A DNA stretch of 63,719 nt, filler included, from Collodictyon triciliatum (lineage: Eukaryota): assembly GCA_043381765.1 (NCBI GenBank). It is 34 parts of 34 records of this genome, joined end to end, with 100 filler letters (N's around TTAATTAATTAA, not from the genome) between each part and the next. Parts side by side here need not be neighbours in the genome. Positions count along the whole stretch, not along the records: positions 9,528 to 11,330 come from JBHJMP010010179.1; positions 11,431 to 13,232 come from JBHJMP010010180.1; positions 13,333 to 15,134 come from JBHJMP010010181.1; positions 15,235 to 17,036 come from JBHJMP010010182.1; positions 17,137 to 18,937 come from JBHJMP010010183.1; positions 19,038 to 20,837 come from JBHJMP010010184.1; positions 20,938 to 22,737 come from JBHJMP010010185.1; positions 22,838 to 24,637 come from JBHJMP010010186.1; 26 more parts are not named here. One strand, given 5' to 3'. Below, in pieces: positions 11,081 to 23,054 of this stretch. A program made the translations under genes and the position numbers. Within the stretch, counting starts at the first letter, position 1; every line of letters begins with the position of its first letter. The notes below the pieces were generated by a model. The model saw only the letters and a list, made by a program, of their open reading frames with translations, had not been told where the DNA came from and searched no databases.

Positions 11081-11330
11081 CGAACCAGAGACAATATCCC
11101 CACCATCTTGCACACAATTGAAAGGAATAATCATAGTCATAGTCATAATCTTAATAATAATAATCATAATAATAATAATCATAATAATAATAATCATAAT
11201 AATAATAATCATAATAATAATCATAATAATAATAATCATAATAATAATAATCATAATAATAATAATCATAATAATAATAATCATAATAATAATAATAATA
11301 ATAATAATCATAATAATAATCATAATAATA
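11081..11330 (+). mobile_element. 5'-truncated LINE 3' end (family A) with (AAT/AATCAT)n tail
   Basis: CGAACCAGAGACAATATCCCCACCATCTTGCACACAATTGAAAGGAATAA matches the terminus of the LINE at about 38596-38650. Confidence 0.8.
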
Positions 11331-11430
11331 NNNNNNNNNNNNNNNNNNNNNNNNNNNNNNNNNNNNNNNNNNNNTTAATTAATTAANNNNNNNNNNNNNN
11401 NNNNNNNNNNNNNNNNNNNNNNNNNNNNNN

Positions 11431-13232
11431 TTTGCTCTTTACTTCAATTTTCGAGACCGTGGATTGGTGAAAGTCAAAGGAAAAGGAGAATTGTATACTT
11501 ACTATGTTGCAGGCAGAATTCAGGTATTAACAATATATATATATATATTTACAGATAACTACTATCATCGATTCTTTGAATCGAATAAAGGAAAAAAAAA
11601 ACTACTATTATCGATTAAAATCATAACCATGGAGCACTATGTTTTCCTACATTTCTACGTTCATTATTTTTAAAATTATTGGGCTACTCTGCTACTTTTC
11701 ATGGATAAAATATTCCTTCTCCGTCCTGGGATAGACATCGATAGTGAATCACAATATAAAAAGAAGCTCCACCGGGTCTTTTCATCAACGCAGATTATGT
11801 TCGCTCCAATCAATATTTGAAAAAATCTCACAATATTTTCATATATCGGATAACGTGTTTGAAAAACTTACTATTATATTGACTAATGCATACAATTTTT
11901 TTTTATTTAATCGTGCTCTACCCTCCAGCTGATTCTCAAAGTAGTCGAGGGAGTATTGTGCGGGCCATAAACGACGCAGCATCCAGCACTCTCGCTCAAG
12001 TTACATCACAAATTCAGGAGGCCATGAAGAAGGAACTCGAGGGCGGTGGTAATCGCAATGATGGGGCTGAAGTTGCCAGTGAAAGTATTGAAAAGGAAAC
12101 GTTAAATGACAAGTATGAAAAGAGAAGGTATATTTTATTTCAATAAGCAGATAAACACCGCAAGACCCGACCATATTTGTATTTTCTTACATCATGTTTT
12201 TATTCACTCATACACTCGGCACCAAATAATAGTCACGAGTCCCACAAAAAATTCAAAGAGTTGATACGCCCAGTGTCCCTGATATTTAAAGATAAAGAGC
12301 TCGAATACTTGTTTATGTCAAAAACGTTTGGAATTCGAGCAGCATATCATTCGATGAGGTTTTTTTTTCTATAAAATACTAATTGAAGTGTTTTAATTCC
12401 TGATATCGCATTCTTAAGAACCAAGTTCAAAAATCAACTTTTTTTTTTCCTGTTCAAAAGAATTTCACTGGTTATACTCGCCGGGTTGTTCACCCTTTTT
12501 GCGATATTGGAAACTCTAGATCCACCCAATATGTGGAAATTTAGGGTTTTTTTTTAATCTCTCGTTACAAGCTCAACAGTATAATATTAATCGAGTGTTA
12601 CAAGTTCTTACTAGGGTATTCAATTAAAACTATTTTTCTGTAGATTTTAGTTGCTGTGTATTCCGCCACAATTGCAACTGCCTTGATTGTTTATATGCTG
12701 TTATACCTCGAATTTCATGGGAAAATATGTCTTATAAGCGTACTTGTGATTGGTAATGATAATTCAATCTCAATAACCTCTTTAAAATTCTTTTGGCTGA
12801 CTGCTTGATATCGATACATCAACTTCTTGCCAATATTATTCCCTTCATCCGATGGCAATTAACGTTGAATATTATATTCGATAAAAAATATATATTAATA
12901 GCTGGGTGCCTTCAGTCAGTGCATTTTCTTTTTTCAATCTACCTAGCATCACCCCAGAAGGTTTTTTTCTTTGGAATCCTCGTTTGGTTGTTATGTATTA
13001 ATTTTCACATAAGCATATTCTCACATTTATGTATATGCATATGCGGATATGAAAATTTTAATTCATAGGTCCTGTTTTATCTGCACGTTATGCTCATCGC
13101 ACCCATCACGTTCCACGAGTCAATTATCATCGCAATTACCGACTTTTCGCTTTACTCGATTCTGCTCCTGGTTTATCATACCAACAAAGGTGATATTTTG
13201 GTGTGGCTTTTGGTTCTGGGAAATGCAGTAAC
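11431..13232 (+). CDS. Transmembrane adenylyl/guanylyl cyclase, internal fragment
   Basis: End of a class III cyclase domain (RGLVKVKGKGELYTYYV), linker, FKDKELEYLF motif, then several hydrophobic exons. Confidence 0.8.
11574..11599 (+). mobile_element. Ultra-short retro-insertion (family B) with 17-bp TSD
   Basis: CTTTGAATCGAATAAAGG(A)n flanked by AACTACTAT(C/T)ATCGATT at 11557-11573 and 11600-11616. Confidence 0.75.
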
Positions 13233-13332
13233 NNNNNNNNNNNNNNNNNNNNNNNNNNNNNNNNNNNNNNNNNNNNTTAATTAATTAANNNNNNNNNNNN
13301 NNNNNNNNNNNNNNNNNNNNNNNNNNNNNNNN

Positions 13333-14823
13333 TTATTACCAATAATTCCATTCATGGCGAGACTCAGGATTGCCTCGGATATGAATCATATGAATATATT
13401 TTCCCTGTAGCTAATAGTGCTTTTATTAAATTAATTAACAAAGGTTTAAGGACATCAAGCTGGAAGAGGAATATAGAATTTATTCCACAAAAACGTTCCT
13501 TCAAACTGCTATCTGGATTAACGCTATAGCATTTTTTTATCTTGTAATGACAGCAACAATGTAGTGATTTTTAATCAATAAGTTTTATGCCTATTGCACA
13601 TTTAATTATTTATCATTAGAAATTGATATTTGGCCAGTAGATTTCAGTATAAAAGAGCTAACATATAATTTTGCTAGCTCTTCGATTGCCCTGTCAATTA
13701 CTCTATTATCCCTATCAGCTGCGTTTGGAATGGTCATGCAGATAATACATTTGCATATTCTAAGGCGCTTTATTAGACAGATGAAGCATGAATTACTATG
13801 CGCGATGTTAGTTGTTTAAATTTTATGTGCTTTAAAACAATTTTGCATATTTCATTTTTACAAAGAAACCTCGGTAACACGATTAAAGAATTCCACCGGC
13901 ATAGATATTTCTATAGAAGCCAATACGCGGTGATGTTGACCCTGTTCACGATATTTTCATCTTGCATATTTATTGACCAGAATAGATTTCTTACTGATAT
14001 AGAAATAGCTTTGATGGTATGTTTTTATATAATTTAGTGTGGATAGATAAGTCCCATTAACTGATATTAATGTAAATTTCATTGCAGGCGTATGCGATAG
14101 TATTACCTGGGGACTATAGGACGAAATTGAAGCTGTGTCTTTTTTCAAACATTTATCCACTTTCTTTATTGGTTTACTTTAATCAAAGAAATAGCATGGC
14201 TGTAATTCGCTCTTACACGCCGCTAATGCTTACCACCATTCTATCATTCACGGTATTGAGGATTGTGGAAATTCAGAAGAAAAAGTTTGCATTTGATATC
14301 ATACGTAAATGTTAATATATCTTAAACATGGCCTTAGAGTCACTCACATCCATTACTATTTCTCTTTTCTTTTTCTTTTCTTTTTCTTTTCTTTTTCTTT
14401 TTCTTTTTCTTTTTCTTTTCTTTTCTGTAAAGTTCTTTTTATTCTATAAAAAAGTTAGAATTGGTTGAGAAACAAACAAAGGCGACCAGGGACAACACAA
14501 AGAAGCTGTTGTCTAACCTCTATCCCATGTAAGAATAATGAGCATGTCTCCATCAACCACACCCATAATTTCACTCATCAATTTTTTTGGTCACATCCCT
14601 ATCTTTTTCAATCGAAAAATCTTTCATCACTATAGCCCTGTCATTTTTTTCCCCTTTATTCGAACTATAGCCCTGTCATGAACTCTCTGGTTGGGGATAC
14701 GTCGTGCTCAGCCGATTATCGAGGCAAAGATTGTCAAATACTGTGTGTACTTATTGACCTTCGCCTCAACCTTCCGACCTTTCAGAAGCAAAATGTAATC
14801 AGTGAGGTGGAGGAGCTGTTCAA
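13333..14823 (+). CDS. Multi-pass membrane protein entering a degenerate nucleotidyl-cyclase-like domain, fragment
   Basis: Hydrophobic exons, then KKLLSNLYPIPVMNSL...ADYRGKDCQILCVLID...NVISEVEELF, resembling the LLxNxLP helix and the start of a class III cyclase domain. Confidence 0.6.
14645..14663 (-). mobile_element. Ultra-short retro-insertion (family B) with perfect 16-bp TSD
   Basis: TCGAATAAAGGGGAAAAAA (minus strand) between ACTATAGCCCTGTCAT copies at 14629-14644 and 14664-14679. Confidence 0.75.
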
Positions 14824-15070
14824 GTAAGACAATATGCAATCATGTTTGTTTGTTTGTTTGTTTGTTTGTTTGTTTGTTTGTTTGTTTGTTTGTTTGTTTG
14901 TTTGTTTGTTTGTTTGTTTATCACCATGATGTGATGTATGTAATATTGCAGGCTCTTATTCCCGCTATAATAAACAGACTCGTCATCAGCTCTGCAAAAA
15001 GGTAGACAGAAGAAAACGATAATCCATCCATTTATACAAGCCTTCTTGATAATTAAAAGCTCCATAAATC

Positions 15071-15134
<64 letters not shown>

Positions 15135-15234
15135 NNNNNNNNNNNNNNNNNNNNNNNNNNNNNNNNNNNNNNNNNNNNTTAATTAATTAANNNNNNNNNN
15201 NNNNNNNNNNNNNNNNNNNNNNNNNNNNNNNNNN

Positions 15235-16766
15235 TATCTTGAGGTTCATTCTTGGCTATTTTTTTGGATTTCCCTATCTTCTTGGCTCCACTCTTTTTCG
15301 GTTTCTCTTTGGTCACTTTTAGGGCTGGACTTCCTTCGTTACCTTCGTGTGGTGATGTATCTGGCTCTGCTACATGTATTTCAACATTCTTGTCTCTAGT
15401 AGCGGGAATGGACACCGAGTCTCTGTGTGAAAATGGATTTTCTTCGCGAACAATTACAGAAGGTGATCGATCACCTTGGGCTGGCACATTCGGTGACTCT
15501 TTACTTTGATCACGTCTTTTAATCATATTATCTAGGCCATCCTCAAGATCGTCATTTCTTTTAGTGGGTATATTTGGATCTTCTCTACTCGAAGGTACAT
15601 GCCTTTTGCCTAGCTGTAAGTCTCCTATTGTATGTAATTAATTGTCATTCTCCATATTTTCTTTTCTTTGAGACATTTTAGTTAAGGGCAAAACAGGCTT
15701 GTGGACAATAAGCTCTTGATTCTTTTCGTTACCTTTTCGCGTCCCACTTGTCGTTCTGCTCTTTTTCTTCGGCTTTTTCCCTTTTGCATCCTGTTTGGGT
15801 AACTCTTCAGCGTTTTGAGGTAGATTAGGTATTGACTGCGGTTCTGCACTCGAGCGGGTTTCCCGCGTCTCTTCACCTATCTCGTCGTTTTCGTCAAAAT
15901 CAAAGTCGATCTCGCGCTCATTAGGCAATTGTTCAATTCCATTTCGTGGCTTTTCATTCGGTTGAATGTGTTCTTGATTCCCTGACTCATGTGAATTTTC
16001 TTCAGAGGCTTTAGAATGATTATGCCTATCTGGTAGAGGAATGTTTTTTCCATCGACAGTAGTGCGTCTCTGGCTGGCTGGCGATCTTCCTCCTTCACTT
16101 GAATCTTTTTGTCTGGAACGCTTGTTTGCAGATTTAAAGTTGTGTGGTGTATGCACAGGAGATTCCATTGCCCGAGGTGAAGCTGGGGTTTGGCGCCCAG
16201 CTGCGTCTTTATCAGATGTATTGGTAAGCCTCGAGGATGATGCGGTTTTCATACCCACAGAATTAGCAAAAGAAGATGATGGTGCAGGTGTTTTCTGCTT
16301 CGTATCTGGTCCTGTCCCAGTTGACCGTGTCGTGACTATCTCGGTCTGCAATCCTCTATTAATGTCTTGTGGACTGCGGTATATTACCATAGAAGTACTT
16401 CTCGGAGTGCGCTGACTTGGTGTGGTTGTTTTACTTTCTGGGGGCGCCCCAGAGGGTAAACGTCGAGTAGGTGTTTTTGACTTTTTTGGAGGTGTGTGAA
16501 CTAGGGATGTTTCATCACCAGTAGGTACATCACATGTGCTTTCGGCAGCAGGAATTTCTCTGGTCGTTAGTGATCGGGCTTTCAATTCTGCTGATTGTCT
16601 GGATTCTGTTGCTTTCCTTATTTTTTTCTCTGGAGTCGATGGCTTATTTGGAGCAGGTGAAAGATTCGGACCAGATAGATTGGTAGTGGATTTGTGAGAT
16701 GAAGGGTTTGCCAATCCCGACCCTGGTTTCTTTGCTTTGTTTGAACCCAGAGAGGTATTATTCGCC
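15235..16766 (-). CDS. Long low-complexity (S/P/T/K/E-rich) coding exon with one in-frame TAA
   Basis: Exon starts after tgtag at 16766. The same frame stays open for about 130 codons past TAA 15638-15640 to the contig end. Confidence 0.65.
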
Positions 16767-16779
16767 CTACAGTTATAAA

Positions 16780-16824
16780 TTATTTTTTTTATTCTTCCTT
16801 TCAATTTTGTGCAGGATGGTGAAG
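16780..16824 (-). mobile_element. 45-nt LINE 3' end (family A) with perfect 12-bp TSD
   Basis: CTTCACCATCCTGCACAAAATTGAAAGGAAGAAT(A)n flanked by TACAGTTATAAA at 16768-16779 and 16825-16836. Confidence 0.85.
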
Positions 16825-16837
16825 TACAGTTATAAAA

Positions 16838-16935
<98 letters not shown>

Positions 16936-16938
16936 GAT

Positions 16939-16955
16939 TTTTTCCTTTATTCGAT
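16939..16955 (-). mobile_element. Ultra-short retro-insertion (family B) with 15-bp TSD
   Basis: ATCGAATAAAGGAAAAA (minus strand) flanked by TTATTAT(T/C)ATTAGAT at 16924-16938 and 16956-16970. Confidence 0.65.
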
Positions 16956-18295
16956 TTATTATCATTAGATATACGAGGAAACGTGTAATATGAATAATAA
17001 TGTTTTGCTTAATTTCACTCTTCTTTTTTTTTTATANNNNNNNNNNNNNNNNNNNNNNNNNNNNNNNNNNNNNNNNNNNNTTAATTAATTAANNNNNNNN
17101 NNNNNNNNNNNNNNNNNNNNNNNNNNNNNNNNNNNNATACATACATACATACATACATACATACATACATACATACATACATACATACATACATACATAC
17201 ATACATACATACATACATACATACATACATACATGAACGCAAGTAAATATAGAAAGCATTTGGTTAAAGCATCAGGTATAAAAAAAGAAATGCAGTGCCA
17301 CAAGCCTATTTGTAAAGGGATGCGCAAGGTCGGAAGGTAGATGTATATCCTTGCTATCTGGTATAAGTAGCTGCCCTATGCCGGAGAGACTGGAGCTATC
17401 CTCAGACAGATTCGACGACACGAGCAAGCTAGGGTCTCTGTCATTTTCTTTCTTTTCCTTTATCTTTGGATCTAACCAGGCTTTCTTTGCTATAAAAAAG
17501 GGAGAGGGAGAGGAGAGAGAGAAACAACATGGGCTGCTCAGGAATCTAAAATTCTGACTTTTTTTTTTTTTTTTTTGCGATGATCAACACGATGAAGTTG
17601 TCATACATAGATGTATACCTTTTTGAGATGGGTTATGACTTCTTCCATCACCACTGATATCACTATCTCCATTCCGATGTTTTTGCGTGTGCTTGTGCTT
17701 ATTCTCGACACGAAGGACTAAAGTTCGGCCAACCCGGCGAGTGCTCGCAAAGGGAACAGCCTCTGTGTAGCGGTTGTGTTTCCCCGATACCCGAACCAAT
17801 TCTTTCTCATTCAATCCCACGGTCATGTGAGCAAAACGTGACTTCGCCTGTTGAAGAGCTTGCCTCGCACGTACTTGTCGCGTATCTGGCACACCAACAA
17901 ATATGAATAAATCACATGCATAATAACTGTTTCTTTGGTTCGTGCTTGTCTTTTTTGCTGCTTTCTACTCGTTTCGCCTGATTGATCAGCTCCGTGAACC
18001 CGTGGGAAATCGGTCTCTTTTTCCAAACATGGCCTGGTCCTGAAAAGGGAAAGAGACGCTCTTATTTTGTGGTGCGGTGAATGTCCATCCCAGAGACACC
18101 GCCAAATTACATATGAGCTAGACTTTCTATATGTGGATTTATCCATACCTGGAAAACAGATTGTTTCTGTTCTTTCTTGATATTGCACCGTTGATTTAGT
18201 CTCATCTACATATATGATGACGCGTGTATTATATATGCATGAGTATGAAGTCGGATGCGGTAAGATGTATACGGATCAAGGTGTGAAGAAGGGTT

Positions 18296-18937
18296 TTGCA
18301 AGCTGCAGCGAGTTCTTCTAGTTCCAACACTGGCGCGGAAAAACCCCGAGTTGCACGTAAGTCTAGGAAGACCCGTGCAAGGAAGCCTCCTGCAAGTCTG
18401 TCTGATCGGAAAGTATTTTTGCACGGGGTCGAGCAAGTCGTTTACAACAAGAACAAGACCCGCAGGCTCACAGATGCGCTCGCCTCCTTCTTGAAAGCGA
18501 ACAAACTTTGGGAAGAGTCCATCCAATTGCGCTTACCGGACAGCGAAGACCTTTGCCTGATTGCCCTCCGCACTGCAGAAAACGCCCGAAAGCTTCTGAA
18601 GCTGAAGCAGGTAGGTCTGATCGATATTATGATCAGCTTCAGCAGAAGTAAACCAACAGAGACCTCGGTGATGATCTACCAACTACCGCTGGACGTGTGG
18701 CTGTAACTCCTTCGCGAGGAGCTGGAGCCGTTCAGACCGACCCACGTGGAGATCAAAAAGGACAAAGGCTTCTTCACAGACACGGCCGTGGTGAAGCTTC
18801 TTTGTCATAAGAAATAGCTCCCTGCAAAGTTTACGGCCATGGGCAAAAAGTGTCCAAAGCGCATCCTCAAAGAGCGTCCGCCAGCCGCGAACAACGAACG
18901 ACAAGTAAAAGCCCCGCAAAAGATTACACCCGCCAAG
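18296..18937 (+). mobile_element. Degenerate ORF1 of a non-LTR retrotransposon (L1/Tx1-like, RRM-like fold)
   Basis: Intronless frame with in-frame TAA 18704-18706 and TAG 18815-18817. Aligns along its length with the 34609-36029 product (LASFLK..WEE vs LAQVLK..YEE; GFFTDTAVVKL vs GI*TNDALVKF). Confidence 0.65.
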
Positions 18938-19151
18938 NNNNNNNNNNNNNNNNNNNNNNNNNNNNNNNNNNNNNNNNNNNNTTAATTAATTAANNNNNNN
19001 NNNNNNNNNNNNNNNNNNNNNNNNNNNNNNNNNNNNNGAAAAAAAGAAAAAAAGAAAAAAAGAAAAAAAGAAAAAAAGAAAAAAAGAAAAAAAGAAAAAA
19101 AGAAAAAAAGAAAAAAAGAAAAAAAGAAAAAAAAGATAAAGTTAAAGTTAC

Positions 19152-20375
19152 CTCGTAGGTGATTGGCTGGGAAGCTGAGCGGTAGATGTCTGCTTCTTTG
19201 CTACAGGAGGGTCGTATTGCGCAGGAGCGGAATAAGACGGAGTTGAGGAGGGGTAAACGGCATCGTCAAAGGAGAGGCCAACATAGCGGCCTTTTGCAGA
19301 TGCAGCCCTCTTTCTTTCCTCCTCCCATTTTTTCTCGTCTCGGACAAAATCAATCAATTTCTTTGCTTTTTCACGAACTGTGTATGGTTCAAATACAATC
19401 TTACAATTTTTCGCATAATAAACATATATTTGTACATCTTACTATGAATGAAAGAATAAATCCCCTTTACCACTCAATCCCCGGTCTACTGACTGCTCGT
19501 CAACGAATGAGTAAGTGGTCAAAGAATTAATCATGTAGGAGCGCTCCAAAACGAAATTGCGACAGACTTCTGCACCTTGGATGGTCAAGTATTCCATCAG
19601 AACCAGGGACTATTGCAATACACAAATAATTAGGCAATATTAAAGAAAAGAATATACATACAGCAAAAGCAAGAAGCTAAGGCAATTTAATCAAATATTA
19701 TGTTTGGGAATATATTCAAAAAATAAAAAGGAGACAATTAGCAGTAAATGCGATTGCCTTGTAAATGTGTCTCCAATTGCGTTCTGGATTTTGAAGCCTC
19801 ATGTCAATAGTTCTCCAGATGACCTCGTTATCTTCCCTGTTTGATTTCACAAATTGAAAAATCAATCGGTTCCGTGCGCAAATACATTTTTTAAACAATA
19901 GTACATGATAAACTTCTAATGCACATAAAAGTAATGCAAATATATGCAAATATATGCAAAGATACAAGGATATATACTTATAGGTCGAGTACTATTTAGA
20001 AGAGGCATAAATTTATTTAATCTATGGCTCATAGTTCCGATTTATCTGACTGATAATCGATTCTACCAACCAGCGAAAGGAGGCTTCAGCAAGTTCCAAC
20101 AACGTTGTAGATGATGCACCCCATGCTTGTTTGTTTGTTGCAGCGCGAACTTTCTCTTCCATCTCAGATCGGTTCAACACAGCGCTCTTTCTGATAATAT
20201 TCGAGGGGATGGGAAAAGTGATGATTTATTTATTTTTTTTTTAAAAAAAAAAGCGGAAACAACAAATACAAATATGAATACATGCATTACAGACTGACTG
20301 ATAAGTATGAGTCTTTTGCCACTGTGGCAGTGTATGTTGTTGAATGAAAGCTGCGACTTACACCGAGCTGAACAT
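19152..20375 (-). CDS. Epsin / ENTH-domain protein, 5' part
   Basis: MFSSVKSAVLNRSEMEEKVRAATNKQAWGAS, NWRHIYK|SLVLMEYL, DRGLS|VREKAKKLIDFV. Canonical introns. Confidence 0.95.
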
Positions 20376-21181
20376 GTTTTTCGATTTGGACACCAGGTCA
20401 GACATCTGCTGGACTCTAGAAAGAGAAAAAGAAATAGAAGAGAATTAAAAAAAAAGGGAAAGAAAAAAGAAAAGAAACAGAAAAAGAAAAAGAAAAAGGA
20501 AAAAGAAAAAGGAAAAAGAAAAAGGAAAAGGAAAAGGAAAAAGAAAAAGAAAAAGGAAAAAGGAAAACGAAAACGAAAAGGAAAAAGGAAAAGGAAAGGA
20601 AAAAGAAAAAGGAAAAAGGGACAGAAAAAGGAAAAGGAAAAGGAAAAAGGGACAGAAAAAGAAAAGGAAAAAGAAAAGGAAAAAGAAAAGGAAAAAGAAA
20701 AGGGAAAGGAAAAAGGAAAAAAAAGGGAAAAGAAAAAAGAAAAGTAAAAAGGAAAAGGAAAAGGAAAAGGAAAAGGAAAAGGAAAAGGAAAAGGAAAAGG
20801 AAAAGGAAAAGGAAAAGGAAAAGGAAAAGGAAAAGGANNNNNNNNNNNNNNNNNNNNNNNNNNNNNNNNNNNNNNNNNNNNTTAATTAATTAANNNNNNN
20901 NNNNNNNNNNNNNNNNNNNNNNNNNNNNNNNNNNNNNTTTCTCTTTTCTCTTTTCTCTTTCTCTTTCTTCTTTTTCTCCTTTTTTCTTTTTTCTTTTTTT
21001 CCTTCTTTTTTTCCTTCTTTTTTTCCTTCTTTTTTTCCTTCTTTTTTTCCTTCTTTTTTTCCTTCTTTTTTTCCTTTTTCCTTTTTTCTTTCCTTTCTTC
21101 GTTTTCTTCTTTTTTTTCGTTTTTCTTTTTCTCTAAGATTATAAATGTGGTGGCTCATTATTGTTCAATCATTCTGATCAG

Positions 21182-21680
21182 TCTGCGCTGGAAAATCTGC
21201 GTGATGCCAGTGACGAGCTCGCCTTGGCTGATGATGAGCAACCAACCATGTATTTAATTCTCGTCATATTATTTTATAGTTTCGAGTGCTCTATTCTATG
21301 CTGTTCTCTTATCGTTGGAATCTACTAGGATTAATGTCGGAGAGGGATTTCTGTCGCTGCCCAAGGAAGAAGTTGAAGCACATGTGGAAAAACTGCAGAC
21401 CGAAACAACCGCGTTTGCATTTATATTCCACTTTCATTAATTTTGCAGCTACAAAGGTGCATACATTGTAAACATTTATTTATTCTTTTCCTTAACAACC
21501 AAAAATCTCGGGATTGTTTCTTTGTATCAATGCTCATCACGTCATTCATATATATGCAGTGAAATCGCGAAACTCGAAGCAGAATTGGCCAGTGTGAAGG
21601 TACAAATGCAAACGCTGAAGAAGAAGCTCTATGCAAAGTTCCAAAACTCCATCAATTTGGAAGATGGCTCAGACGAATAA
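21182..21680 (+). CDS. PFDN4: Prefoldin subunit 4, 3' part
   Basis: LENLRDASDELALADDE, VGEGF and MQTLKKKLYAKFQNSINLE across three exons; ends at TAA. Confidence 0.93.
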
Positions 21681-22232
21681 AGAGGATATGATTAATAGTA
21701 GATACGTTTTAAAGATACTCCTTTTATTTCCATGTTTTACTTGCGCTAAAAGGATTAGAAGATAAAATATGTAATTCTTCGAACATATGAAAGTTAGGGG
21801 GTTGGGTTCGTCCCAGCATCAAAAATAAAATGGAATAGAATGAAACAGAGTAAAATATATGGAAAAAGTGGAATAATATCCGCACAACGTGCCAATTCAA
21901 ATTACAACAACAAATAAACTTTTATCATCGTTTCCCCCAAGATTTATTGTGTTCACGACTTTGGACGAATATTTTCGCGGACAAGCTCCTCTAAATAATA
22001 CAAAATGAAATGATGAGCCTGATGCAAGTGACGGAAGAGAAGATCGCCAGATATTCAGGCACTACTAGTTTCAATCGCATGAAAAAAATTGATATACAAC
22101 GCCAGTAATTTTATGCCTTCGTTACAGTTCTCGGTTTTGCATATCTGATTTTGTTTCCTTGTTTCACAATTGCGGTGTTCTTTGCTTCTTTTCATCTTTT
22201 TTTTTCTTCTTTGCATTTATTTGTAGCTTTTC

Positions 22233-22620
22233 TCAAGTGCCGAAATCTGTTCCTCTGTTGGCGAATCGGTGTTCCCTGTGCTTTCTCTCATCTTCCCAAA
22301 AATCTCCTTCAGTGCTAATGATGGCATGGAGCCGTGTGTGACATAATTCAGCAATTTTACTGAAAGCTACGAGCCTTTTCGATAAGAATGGAAGAAAGGG
22401 AGATATAAAAAAAATAAAAGAAAAAGGAAGACGTTCAACATTATCAATCAAATATGCTCCACCCGCTTTCCCTTTGGCGTCCAGCATGGCTATGTTGAAC
22501 GAGAAGCGATTCACTTTGCACAACGCAGAAAGGCGAGAGTAATTTGATGAGCTAATAGGTAGATACATATGGAGCCAAAAGGCAATGGTTTGGTTCAGTG
22601 ATTTTTCATGTGAACGAACC
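22233..22620 (-). CDS. Hypothetical protein, last exons
   Basis: Coding-like exons after a (CA)n intron, ending ...FANRGTDFGT*. Confidence 0.4.
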
Positions 22621-22623
22621 GCA

Positions 22624-22695
<72 letters not shown>

Positions 22696-22837
22696 GGTGG
22701 GGGTGTGTGTGTGTAATCCCGCGTCATATATATATATNNNNNNNNNNNNNNNNNNNNNNNNNNNNNNNNNNNNNNNNNNNNTTAATTAATTAANNNNNNN
22801 NNNNNNNNNNNNNNNNNNNNNNNNNNNNNNNNNNNNN

Positions 22838-22874
<37 letters not shown>

Positions 22875-23054
22875 AAGAATCATACACCTCTCTCTAAAAA
22901 ACAGGATTTTGTGTCTTTCCTGGCAGCCTTCACCACTACACGATCTTTTGTGAAAAAAGTGGTGAGACCTTGGATACTAACGCACCAGGTTTATCAATCG
23001 AAAGATTGGATACCCATCTAGTGGCATAAATCAATATAAGCCATCGACCTTGTC

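Noticed and set aside
9528-11330. GC-rich contigs (LPAAT, kinase exon, ARPC3) as a second organism
   Set aside because: They share the family-A LINE terminus, the LRR cassette or the (ATAC)n microsatellite with AT-rich contigs. A mixed sample is not required, though not formally excluded.
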